Of a stretch of 64,000 nt of DNA, positions 27,614 through 36,545 are shown one piece after another. The translations under genes were made by a program, and so were the position numbers. The notes beneath the pieces were generated by a model. That model was given only the letters and a program-made list of their open reading frames with translations. It was not told the DNA's origin and did no database searches. Numbering within the stretch: the first letter of the stretch is position 1; each line of letters starts with the position of its first letter. The stretch is from Patescibacteria group bacterium. Its GTDB lineage: Bacteria > Patescibacteriota > Minisyncoccia > UBA6257 > 1-14-0-10-40-38. The stretch covers positions 59,026 to 123,025 of the forward strand of contig JBBTRX010000007.1 in NCBI GenBank assembly GCA_038064975.1, read 5' to 3'.

Positions 27614-28981
27614 TTAGCGTGTTCCCCATCGCGGATCCTTTAACGTCATCATTGCCCACGGCAGCTGCCACATAAGAGCAAGTGTGTAGATAATTGCGAA
27701 GCAAACTCCATATATCCAGTATTTATCCCTGGTGTAGACGTAATAATAAATTCCGTAACACAATGCCATTAAGAAAAGTCCGATAATATAAAACCAGGGA
27801 GCATTACCTGTCAGGAACGGCTGCCAGATAAGGGCGCGCAACGCAACAATAGGTGAAACTAAAGGCAAAATGGCGCCCAAATAAAACGAGATACTCATAA
27901 TCGGATTGCGCTTCCAAATGAAAAGCCCGGCTTTGAGCGTTTCTTTAGTCCACGATTTCTTCCACCGCAACTGCTGGCGCATGAACTGACGAAATGTATC
28001 CGGTACGATGGTGTAAATTTTCGCCTTTGGAGCATAAAGCGTGATATAGCCGTCTCGAAGCAAAAAATTAGTGAGACTCCTATCGTCACCATACGTGCAC
28101 TGTTGACCTAAAAATTTCTGATACCGCCACTCATCAAGAACTTTCATCATGTACGTACGCCTATACGCAGAGCCGCAGCCCGAGCAACACGTCACTGTTC
28201 CAAACAGAGACTCCGCTGCTTTGTACGCCTTGAATGCCACAAAATACCGAACATCCTGCATTTTGGTAAGAGCATTTGTATCGGCATTCGCGACAAAACC
28301 GTGGCCAGCCACCGCCCCCACTCTTGGATCAATAAAATATTTCACCAGTTCTCGGAGTGTATCTTCGACAACAAAACTATCTGAATCAATAAATACGACG
28401 AGCTCGTTTTTTGAACGCAAGGTACATTCCGCCATACCCTCGCGTTTACCGCGATTTTCCTCCCAATGAACAACCTCTACTTCTACGCCGATACGTTTCG
28501 CAAGTTTTTTAGCTTCGAGCATCTCCGCTAATGTAGCGTCAGTTGAGCCATCATTTACCGCTACGATATCAAATTTGTGCTTTGGATAATCGCTCTCCGC
28601 GATTTTCATGATTGTTTCCCGTATATTTGCGCCTTCGTTTTTTGAAGGCACAGCAAACGTGACAGTCGGCTCATAACCTTCACTATTTCCTGTGGGCACA
28701 GGATCATAAAGATATGCCAGAGCAAATCGACTCAAGATATAGAGAGAAACTAATATGCTGTAAGCCCCAAAAAGAATACCGTCATCTAATTCCCGTATCG
28801 TGACGAACTTAAGCACGAGAATAATGTAGACGATAAAATAAAATATGGCCCACGCATTGATATGATGCGATTTCCAGTATTCCACAACCGCGTTCAACCA
28901 TTTCTTCCATCCGGAAGAAATGGTTGAAGAAAGTGGTTTCTTTTTAGCGAATTGTAGCGAGTTTGGAATTATATCTTTCAT
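27614..28981 (-). CDS. Processive family-2 glycosyltransferase (PgaC/IcaA/NodC-like polysaccharide synthase)
   Basis: Multiple TM helices flank a cytoplasmic GT2 domain with VAVNDGSTD, DSDS (DxD) and QQLRW (QxxRW) motifs. Confidence 0.7.
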   Translation of the reverse strand: MKDIIPNSLQFAKKKPLSSTISSGWKKWLNAVVEYWKSHHINAWAIFYFIVYIILVLKFVTIRELDDGILFGAYSILVSLYILSRFALAYLYDPVPTGNSEGYEPTVTFAVPSKNEGANIRETIMKIAESDYPKHKFDIVAVNDGSTDATLAEMLEAKKLAKRIGVEVEVVHWEENRGKREGMAECTLRSKNELVVFIDSDSFVVEDTLRELVKYFIDPRVGAVAGHGFVANADTNALTKMQDVRYFVAFKAYKAAESLFGTVTCCSGCGSAYRRTYMMKVLDEWRYQKFLGQQCTYGDDRSLTNFLLRDGYITLYAPKAKIYTIVPDTFRQFMRQQLRWKKSWTKETLKAGLFIWKRNPIMSISFYLGAILPLVSPIVALRALIWQPFLTGNAPWFYIIGLFLMALCYGIYYYVYTRDKYWIYGVCFAIIYTLALMWQLPWAMMTLKDPRWGTR

Positions 28982-29022
28982 GAGAGAATCCTTATCTATT
29001 TTTTACTGCGATACCGCCTACA

Positions 29023-29883
29023 TTATTTACGCACCTTAGATTGACTGTTTGTGATCCGAACAGATTCCCGTTCCCGAGCAGGCATTGAAAGTTTAACTTC
29101 GCTCTTTTCACTTTTGCCATTCTTTTCGTATAAGTGATTCCGGCTTTTTACGAACTCACAAATTTCATCTTCAAGAAGTTCGCAATTAGGAATCACACAG
29201 TGACCGCCTATCACTCCTTCCATAGGCAAGAGATTCGTTCTGTTAAAACGATACTCGCCGATGGTTGCATAGCCATGGTTATAAATCGTATTCCACTGGG
29301 TATAAATCTCATGGAACGGAACATTGAATTCCTGCGCGATCCGCACCATTTCCTTCATTTTGACGAGATCAAGAGCGTACTGGATGGAAGTGCAACAAAT
29401 TTTTGCCACCTCCGAAGACTCGGGGGATGAAAAAATTTGAACGCTTAAACCAGCCTCAGTTAAGAACTGATATGCCTGATATACCTTATAGGCATTCATA
29501 CCTGCCACAACTTTGCTGAATGCCCGGATGTGCGGCACTAAATCTGGATGGCGGCCGTTCACTGGCGAATGTACCGCAAGCTTTCCAATCGCCCGTGTCG
29601 TGCCGGGTTTCACGGTTGAATGAACGATGACAAGCTTCGGTTGATACTGCTTGATATAATTTTTCGTAATATCAACAAACTGCTCCGAGTAGGGATAACA
29701 AATATTCAGTACATCAAACTGTCCTGAGATAGAAGAGACAACATCTCTAATATGGACTTCATAGGTATCATTCAAAATCTCTGCCATTGATCTGCCGATT
29801 TCTCCGTTCCCGATGACTAATGTTTTCTTTTTTGATTTGCCGGTATTTACCACATCGATCTCCGCGGTAATTTTTTGTCTCAT
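29023..29883 (-). CDS. NAD(P)-binding Rossmann-fold dehydrogenase (possibly sugar-nucleotide dehydrogenase-like)
   Basis: VIGNGEIGRSMAEIL glycine-rich loop. HSTVKPGTT and GGHCVIP blocks resemble UDP-sugar dehydrogenases, but the protein is short (286 aa). Family assignment is tentative. Confidence 0.35.
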   Translation of the reverse strand: MRQKITAEIDVVNTGKSKKKTLVIGNGEIGRSMAEILNDTYEVHIRDVVSSISGQFDVLNICYPYSEQFVDITKNYIKQYQPKLVIVHSTVKPGTTRAIGKLAVHSPVNGRHPDLVPHIRAFSKVVAGMNAYKVYQAYQFLTEAGLSVQIFSSPESSEVAKICCTSIQYALDLVKMKEMVRIAQEFNVPFHEIYTQWNTIYNHGYATIGEYRFNRTNLLPMEGVIGGHCVIPNCELLEDEICEFVKSRNHLYEKNGKSEKSEVKLSMPARERESVRITNSQSKVRK

Positions 29884-30184
29884 GATTGAGGATTTTTATG
29901 TTAGGGGTGAATAAAAAATGCGACGCTATAACCATTACGAGAAGCTTCGACCTTTACTCCCGATTCTTCTCTCGCAGAAAAGAGATCGGGTGTTTCTAAA
30001 CTTTTTTTATAGAATATAGAGATAGTTGTGTAGTTTCTATGAATAGAAACGTTGAATACTTTCATCCCCACCTCATGTACTCATACCTAAAATTCATCTG
30101 TACTTCAGTATTTTTAATCCCTATGAGAAGTGCCACAAAAAATTCTCCGCCCTGTTGGCGGAGAATTTTTATCTGCTACGCACA

Positions 30185-30433
30185 CTACTTACTCACCATT
30201 CTTACAATACCGATCAAGAGGACTGATCCTAGAAGTGCCACGAGAAGACTATAGAGGTTAAAACCAGTTACACCACCTTCGCCAAAAAAGCTCATGACCC
30301 AGCCTCCAAGTATTGCGCCTACGATACCAACAACAACATTTAAGATTACTCCCTGTTGGGCGTTTGTGCCCATGATCATGGAAGCAATCCATCCCACCAA
30401 CGCTCCAAAAAGAATCCAAATAAGGATGTTCAT
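30185..30433 (-). CDS. GlsB/YeaQ/YmgE-family transglycosylase-associated membrane protein
   Basis: MNILIWILFGALVGWIASMIMG...GIVGAILGGWV is the classic family signature; 82 aa. Confidence 0.8.
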   Translation of the reverse strand: MNILIWILFGALVGWIASMIMGTNAQQGVILNVVVGIVGAILGGWVMSFFGEGGVTGFNLYSLLVALLGSVLLIGIVRMVSK

Positions 30434-30454
30434 AATTAAGTAATAAATGATTTG

Positions 30455-30811
30455 TTATTTATCTTCTTGGTCCAATTTCGCCGCGGCTTCCGGCGTGGAC
30501 ACTGATTTACTCATGACGAAAACTTTAATAATTGCGAGTGCGATGAGCCAATAGACGAGCATCGCAAGGAGCGTCGTCCATTCAAAGATACTACCTTCCA
30601 CTTTTGAGATCCGGAATACGTTCAGAAACGGAGCAACGAAGGGATACGTTACTCCATACATGAAGCTAGTAAATCCGGCTGCGGGGTTAGCGCCAAGCAG
30701 TTTCAGAACGAACCGAAACGCCATGAGCGCCTCCAAAACCCCAATGATATACCAAACAACTTGAGTGCCTCGGTATAACGGCTTAGTTGTGGGGGAACTG
30801 TATGAGTCCAT
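30455..30811 (-). CDS. YggT/YlmG-like integral membrane protein
   Basis: TM pattern with FRFVLKLLG ... YPFVAPFLNVFR ... resembles the YggT family. Confidence 0.45.
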   Translation of the reverse strand: MDSYSSPTTKPLYRGTQVVWYIIGVLEALMAFRFVLKLLGANPAAGFTSFMYGVTYPFVAPFLNVFRISKVEGSIFEWTTLLAMLVYWLIALAIIKVFVMSKSVSTPEAAAKLDQEDK

Positions 30812-31162
30812 ATGTTATGTGCTTCTTACTCAACGTAGAAGCTTCGACCTTTTAAATCACTAGGCCTCTAAAAAATAGCTATATTCTGACTTCCTTATGA
30901 TGGCTATTTGATTATGTGAATTCTATGAATGGGAATAGACTTTTTTGAAAAAATAATCATTTGGAAAACAATGGAGCTATGCATACGTCTGCAAACGAAA
31001 GGTTCGTCGCATTTTAATAAACTGCGACATCTTCGTTGCTTTTTACTCCTCGAAATATCCCCAAGTGTGTCTTGATTTTTTTATACCTCCTTGCTATTCT
31101 TATAGATAGCACCGAGCGCATTCGCGCTTGGCATCATCGGTCCTTTCTAGGAGATGTTTCCC

Positions 31163-31252
31163 ATGGATCACGACAGCTACGTCCGACCCGTCACCAACGC
31201 TCCCAACGAAGCCGCCAACCACTTCCAGGAGGCCGACGTCCAGATCACCTAG
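31163..31252 (+). CDS. Candidate 29-aa acidic small peptide (MDHDSYVRPVTNAPNEAANHFQEADVQIT)
   Basis: AGGAG SD 9 nt upstream of the ATG. GC-rich. Followed 30 nt later by a strong terminator. Not in the ORF track (under 60 aa). Confidence 0.3.
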   Translation: MDHDSYVRPVTNAPNEAANHFQEADVQIT

Positions 31253-31284
31253 AGCGAGCAAGCTCTCCGAGTGACTTGGACAAA

Positions 31285-31333
31285 GCTCCACCGCAACGAC
31301 CAATCTCGGTCCCTGCGGTGGAGCACTTTTTTA
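31285..31333 (+). terminator. Rho-independent terminator
   Basis: GCTCCACCGCA...TGCGGTGGAGC followed by ACTTTTTTATTT. Confidence 0.6.
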
Positions 31334-31367
31334 TTTCCCTATCAGAGGGTTATTAAATAGCTACCTT

Positions 31368-31934
31368 TTATAAAAACTTCGCCATAAATACGAGATCATC
31401 AAAACCATTTTCTGTAACTACGGCATTCTTTCGAGTTCCTTCCACGGCGTATCCGAATTTTTTATACAGTTTAATTGCCCGTTCATTTTCACCGAATACC
31501 TCTAACTCCATACGACGCACATTGCGCGAGCGGCCAAAATCTTCTGCTGCGGAAAGCAGTTTACTCCCGATACCCTTTCCGCGATGAGAGGCTTTTACTG
31601 ACATAGAAAGGTACGCATTGCCTTTCAGGCGCGCGAACTTGGGGAAAAGAAGAGTGAGATACCCAACGAATGTTCCGTTCTCACGGGCAATGAGGGTTTG
31701 TATGCGATTTCTGGTAATCAGGGTTTTTGCGAGCACATGGGCGATGGTCTCTTTGCGTTCTCCGGATTTTGCTACGAGATGTTCTGCGGTAGACTCAATT
31801 TCATTCCGTAGGCGGATAAAAAGAGATGTTTCCCAAAGCCGTAAGGGTTGAATAGCTATATCGGGCTGTCCAATATTAGTCAGGAGCTGCGGAGAATACA
31901 CTTCTCTAAGATTCTCTTGTATCTTTTTCACCAT
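31368..31934 (-). CDS. GNAT-family N-acetyltransferase
   Basis: HRGKGIGSKLLSAAEDF ... RMELEVFGENERAIKLYKKFGY: acetyl-CoA-binding motifs A and B. Confidence 0.75.
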   Translation of the reverse strand: MVKKIQENLREVYSPQLLTNIGQPDIAIQPLRLWETSLFIRLRNEIESTAEHLVAKSGERKETIAHVLAKTLITRNRIQTLIARENGTFVGYLTLLFPKFARLKGNAYLSMSVKASHRGKGIGSKLLSAAEDFGRSRNVRRMELEVFGENERAIKLYKKFGYAVEGTRKNAVVTENGFDDLVFMAKFL

Positions 31935-31998
31935 AAAGGCAAGTATAAACGATTTTGGCGTTAAGGTGTACCGCTATGCTAGGATAAGCCGAACACGC

Positions 31999-32961
31999 AT
32001 GCTTATTGATGATATTTCCATTTCAGTTTCAGCTGGAAAAGGCGGCAAAGGGGCCGTTTCTTTTAGCGATATCAAAATGTCCCTGGGACCAACGGGGGGA
32101 GGTGGAGGAAGAGGTGGTAGCGTCTATTTAGAGGCCGTCGCCGATCTTGGAGCACTCCGGCAGTTCCGCTCGCATAAAAGATTCCCTGCAGAAGACGGGA
32201 GGGATGGGCGCTCCGCGTTTCGGGATGGGCATAACGGCAAAGATCTGATCCTCAAGGTTCCGCGCGGAACTGCAGCAACGAAAATATCAACCGGAGAAAC
32301 GTATGAACTTACTAAATTAGGTGAGGTTATTATGGTAGCTCGAGGCGGAAGAGGAGGAAAAGGAAATTTCCTTTACCGCTCCGCACATAATACTTCTCCC
32401 CGTGAGTTTCAACCGGGACTCCCTGGAGAATCAATTGATCTCCGACTAGAGTTAAAACTCATCGCAGACATCGGACTCATCGGACTCCCCAATATCGGAA
32501 AATCAAGTTTCTTGAACGAAGTCACAAACGCCGAGAGCCGCGTCGCGAATTATGCGTTTACAACGCTTGATCCGCACCTTGGCACGTATCACAACCTTAT
32601 CCTCGCTGATATTCCAGGTCTCATAGAAGGGGCGTCTTCAGGCAAGGGGCTCGGCATTAAATTTTTACGCCACGTGGAACGCACTACGACACTTTTCCAT
32701 TTCGTAAGCGCGGAAAGTACGACTCCAATCGCCGATTACAAGACGGTACGTAAAGAACTTAAGGCATATAATCCAAAACTCTTAAAGAAAAAGGAATATG
32801 TCATCATTTCAAAAACGGATACCATAGATAAGAAACAATTAAAGGTAATGATCGCAAAGTTTAAACCGCACAGTAAAAATGTGATTCCGATTTCCATCTA
32901 TGACCCTGAGGCTATAGAGCATATCCGCACCGTATTAAACAAGATGAGTTCGCAAATTTAA
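31999..32961 (+). CDS. obg: GTPase Obg
   Basis: Obg fold glycine-rich N-terminus (AGKGGKGAVSF, GPTGGGGGRGG). G-domain GLPNIGKSSF, DIPGLIEGAS. Start placed at the internal Met typical of Obg. Confidence 0.8.
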   Translation: MLIDDISISVSAGKGGKGAVSFSDIKMSLGPTGGGGGRGGSVYLEAVADLGALRQFRSHKRFPAEDGRDGRSAFRDGHNGKDLILKVPRGTAATKISTGETYELTKLGEVIMVARGGRGGKGNFLYRSAHNTSPREFQPGLPGESIDLRLELKLIADIGLIGLPNIGKSSFLNEVTNAESRVANYAFTTLDPHLGTYHNLILADIPGLIEGASSGKGLGIKFLRHVERTTTLFHFVSAESTTPIADYKTVRKELKAYNPKLLKKKEYVIISKTDTIDKKQLKVMIAKFKPHSKNVIPISIYDPEAIEHIRTVLNKMSSQI

Positions 32962-33171
32962 TAAAAAAGAATCTAGAATCTAGTATTTAGAAATTAGTAT
33001 ATTGAATAAGAATTTTTAATTCACAAAAAGGAAGTGGGTAGAATATTTAAAAAGGCCATTCTTATAACTTTTCACGTCAAAGCGAGTCTTATTGTTTGAA
33101 AGGGTCATTCTGATAGCATTTCAAACAATAAGGCGAGAGGTATTTTATCCATTGTTTATTATTCATTCTTG

Positions 33172-34353
33172 CTACACAATTTTTGCTTCCTGCTCAATCG
33201 CGCGTAGGCGGTTATATTTCGCTATTCGTTCCGGAGCCCGGGGGACTCCAAGCTTAAGCCCGTAAGCCCCCACCCCATAGGCAAAATCGGCGATAAAATC
33301 GTCTAGCGTTTCTCCGCTCCGATGAGAAGCGACAATATGCCATCCCCACTCTTTTGCCTGTCGCACAGCTGCGATAGTTTCCGTTACTGTGCCGATCTGA
33401 TTCGGCTTTATTACTATTCCCGTAATAGCCCCTTCACTATGTGCACGCTTCATGCGCTTTATATTTGTTACCGTAAGGTCGTCTCCAAGAATACGCTTAG
33501 TACCAAGCTTTTTCTGTAACGCACGGAACGAAACGAAGTCTTCTTCAAAAAAAGGATCTTCAATATAAGAGAGGTGCTGCCGATAGGCAAAATCTTCATA
33601 CAACGACAATAATTTTTCTTTTCTTATGTGTACATTACTTGCAGCTGCATCCAATCCGTAGTCCATCCGATCCGCTAGCCCGATATTTTCTGCCGCGGCA
33701 TGAAGAATCTGAAACGGTTCTTCGTTATTACTAAAGTTCGGTGCAAATCCCCCTTCGTCACCCATAGGAAGAGCATGATTGCCATGCCGATGCTCAAGTA
33801 AAAATTTAGTTTCTAAATATATTTTTTGAGCGGCATCAATTGAAGAGCCGAGCGTTTGCGCACGCGGGATAACAATATATTCCTGGAAGTCCAGATTATT
33901 ATTCGCGTGCAATCCGCCGTGGATCACGTTTACAAAAAGACGCGGGAATGAAAACTCCGATACGACACATCCGCTTAGATTTCTAATATGCTTCCAGAGC
34001 GGAATGTTCCGTTCGTGAGCAGCAAGCCGCGCGACGGCAATAGAAACCGCAAGGATAGCATTCCCGCCCAGGCGCGATTTCTCATGAGTGCCATCAAGTT
34101 CGCACATTTTTTCATCAATGCGTTCCTGATCATTCGGACTCATCCCTATAATCGCAGGAGCGATGATATCCCGAATATTCCAAACCGCGATCTCTGGCTT
34201 CTCTACAAACGCTTCATAGGCCCCCACACTCTTCCCCTGGGGAACGGACGCCGAAACACGCATCCCATTTGAGGATACAATTTCAAGAGCGACCGTTGGG
34301 AGTCCGCGAGAATCGTTAATTACACTACCTTTAAGTGATACGATTTTATTCAT
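33172..34353 (-). CDS. eno: Enolase
   Basis: SRGLPTVALEI ... IKPNQIGTVTETIAAV ... SHRSGETLDDFIADFA: enolase signatures. Confidence 0.85.
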   Translation of the reverse strand: MNKIVSLKGSVINDSRGLPTVALEIVSSNGMRVSASVPQGKSVGAYEAFVEKPEIAVWNIRDIIAPAIIGMSPNDQERIDEKMCELDGTHEKSRLGGNAILAVSIAVARLAAHERNIPLWKHIRNLSGCVVSEFSFPRLFVNVIHGGLHANNNLDFQEYIVIPRAQTLGSSIDAAQKIYLETKFLLEHRHGNHALPMGDEGGFAPNFSNNEEPFQILHAAAENIGLADRMDYGLDAAASNVHIRKEKLLSLYEDFAYRQHLSYIEDPFFEEDFVSFRALQKKLGTKRILGDDLTVTNIKRMKRAHSEGAITGIVIKPNQIGTVTETIAAVRQAKEWGWHIVASHRSGETLDDFIADFAYGVGAYGLKLGVPRAPERIAKYNRLRAIEQEAKIV

Positions 34354-35371
34354 GCTGCTCTACGATGTTTTTGGGCGTACCGGCAATAAATCCAGCAACA
34401 TCGTGAAGCGTAGTATTTAAAATCCTTTGACGAGCTTCTTTAGTATTGAATGCGTTATGCGGAGTAACGACAACGTTCGGAAGATCAACGAGAATATGAT
34501 TCTCAAGCGCTATTTTTAAATTTTCTGCGTTCGGATGCCCGTGCACGAGAAATCCTAACTCATCTTTTACGATTCCTTCTTCCTCCAGCACGTCTAAACC
34601 TGCTCCGCCTAATATTCCGCTCTGAAGTGCCCGCACCATTGCATCTGTATCTACTACCGCCCCTCTACTCGTATTAATGAGATACGCGCCTTTTTTTACT
34701 TTTCCAAATGCAGCTTCATTCAAGAGATGATGCGTTGCTTTCATATATGGAATATGGATGGTCAGCACATCGCTCTTTGCTAAAAGCTCATCAAGGGAAA
34801 CATAGGTAAAGCCAAGCGATCCAGCAAGTTCTTGATTCGGATATGGATCGTATCCCACGACCTCCATACCAAATCCTTTTCCCATCTTAATTGCGTGGCG
34901 GCCGATTCTTCCGGTACCGAGAACTCCCAGAGTTTTTCCTGCAAGATCAAATCCTTCCAATCCTTGTTGACTAAAACTTCCTGTTTCACGGATGCGGTCA
35001 TATGCCAAATGTACTTTGCGCGAAAGTGTTAAGAGTAACGCGAAAGCATATTCCGCGACGGTATTCTCTCCGTAAGAAGGGACATTAGATACGACAATAT
35101 TGCGCTCGCGGGCCGCGGCAAGATCAATATGGTCAAAACCAGTAGATCGCGTAACAATGCATTTTAAGTTTGGCATTCCTTGTATCGTTTCCCGATTTAC
35201 TACCGAATCAACGAACACTGATAATATTTCTGCATCAGAAGCAGGGGGAATAACACCTGCTTTAAGTGCTTCAGGCAAAAATATTGCATCAATCGTAATA
35301 TTCAATTCCTTTATTTTATTCTCAAGATATTCTTTTTCTTCTCCCGCGGAACCGTAAAATAATATTTTCAT
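34346..35371 (-). CDS. D-isomer-specific 2-hydroxyacid dehydrogenase (D-lactate/phosphoglycerate dehydrogenase family)
   Basis: GVLGTGRIGRHAIKMGKGFGMEVVGYD NAD-binding motif. Catalytic His/Glu region. Start placed at internal MKILFYG. Confidence 0.7.
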   Translation of the reverse strand: MKILFYGSAGEEKEYLENKIKELNITIDAIFLPEALKAGVIPPASDAEILSVFVDSVVNRETIQGMPNLKCIVTRSTGFDHIDLAAARERNIVVSNVPSYGENTVAEYAFALLLTLSRKVHLAYDRIRETGSFSQQGLEGFDLAGKTLGVLGTGRIGRHAIKMGKGFGMEVVGYDPYPNQELAGSLGFTYVSLDELLAKSDVLTIHIPYMKATHHLLNEAAFGKVKKGAYLINTSRGAVVDTDAMVRALQSGILGGAGLDVLEEEGIVKDELGFLVHGHPNAENLKIALENHILVDLPNVVVTPHNAFNTKEARQRILNTTLHDVAGFIAGTPKNIVEQHE

Positions 35372-35463
35372 GTGTATCCTAATTATGAAGCAAATCTTTG
35401 AATATACAACTGGTGCGAATCCCCTCATCTTAAGCCCTACAAGCTCTATTCAAATTAAAAAAG

Positions 35464-36231
35464 ATGATGTACTATATCCCTATTATGGAAAACATAGAAA
35501 ACGAACAAAAGCCGACGAGCCGCGAAAAATGGGAAGTTCGTCAGCAAAAGAAACTTGAGGAACGGACATCACAATCCCAAACTCGCCTTATGAAGAAAAT
35601 AGGGTTCTTTACTGCAGTTGTGATAGGCGTAGCAGGGCTCGGATTCTTAGTAACAATTGCCCTTCGTGCAATTCCGCCAGCCGGACAGACGGCCTCACTT
35701 GCGGATATCGTAACCACATCAGATTGGCAAAAAGGAAATCCGAACGCACCGGTTACTATTGTTGAATACAGCGACTTCCAATGCCCTGCGTGCGCATATT
35801 ATTACCCGATCATTAAAGAAACGTTAGAAAAAACAGGTGAGTCTGTCCGTTTTGTATATCGGCATTTCCCTCTTACGTCCGTCCATCCTAAAGCAGAACC
35901 TGCTGCGCTCGCTGCGGAAGCTGCAGGCATGCAAGGCAAATTCTGGGAAATGCATGACCTTCTTTTTGAAAATCAAAAAGCATGGTCTGAACAGCGGAAT
36001 GCTAAAGAATTTTTTATGAATTATGCAGCCACACTCGGTCTTGATGTTGATGCATTCGAAGAAGATCTGGATGCCCGAGCATCTAAACAAAAGATTGAAA
36101 GCCATGTTGCGGGAGCATTCGCTTCTGGCGTTCAGGGAACTCCTACGTTTTTCATTAATGGAACGCCGATACAAAATCCGCAATCCGTAGAAGAATTTGA
36201 GATCCTTATTGCCGCAGCACTTACGGAGTAG
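35464..36231 (+). CDS. DsbA-like thioredoxin-fold thiol:disulfide oxidoreductase, membrane-anchored
   Basis: TM anchor, then VTIVEYSDFQCPACAYYYP (CxxC) and cis-Pro region. Confidence 0.7.
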   Translation: MMYYIPIMENIENEQKPTSREKWEVRQQKKLEERTSQSQTRLMKKIGFFTAVVIGVAGLGFLVTIALRAIPPAGQTASLADIVTTSDWQKGNPNAPVTIVEYSDFQCPACAYYYPIIKETLEKTGESVRFVYRHFPLTSVHPKAEPAALAAEAAGMQGKFWEMHDLLFENQKAWSEQRNAKEFFMNYAATLGLDVDAFEEDLDARASKQKIESHVAGAFASGVQGTPTFFINGTPIQNPQSVEEFEILIAAALTE

Positions 36232-36257
36232 CACTTAAAAACGTTTTATACAAAAAA

Positions 36258-36285
36258 AGGACTGTCAGTCCTTTTTTTGTTTCTC
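36258..36285 (+). terminator. Rho-independent terminator
   Basis: AAAAAAAGGACTGTCAGTCCTTTTTTTG. Confidence 0.6.
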
Positions 36286-36303
36286 TTCATGTATACTAAA
36301 GAT

Positions 36304-36516
36304 ATGCTAAATACATTTTTTGAAAACAATACATTCCTTATCCTCGTACTCATAGTGCTTTGGACTTTGCCGTGGAAGGGCATCGCCCTTTGGCATGCAG
36401 CACGCCGCAAAGAACGCAACTGGTTTATCGCGCTTCTTATCATTAATACATTCGCACTTTTAGAAATTTTCTATCTCGCATTTTGGATTAAACGGCATCC
36501 GAAACAGGAAAATTAA
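36304..36516 (+). CDS. Small 2-TM membrane protein (hypothetical)
   Basis: Two hydrophobic helices separated by WHAARRKERNW. Confidence 0.4.
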   Translation: MLNTFFENNTFLILVLIVLWTLPWKGIALWHAARRKERNWFIALLIINTFALLEIFYLAFWIKRHPKQEN

Positions 36517-36545
36517 CTCGCAGTAGAGACGCGTCATTTGAAAAC

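Noticed and set aside
31036-31356. 106-aa ORF from the track spanning the GC-rich mini-locus
   Set aside because: It reads straight through a strong intrinsic terminator hairpin and has no SD. The short SD-led 29-aa ORF inside it is more plausible.
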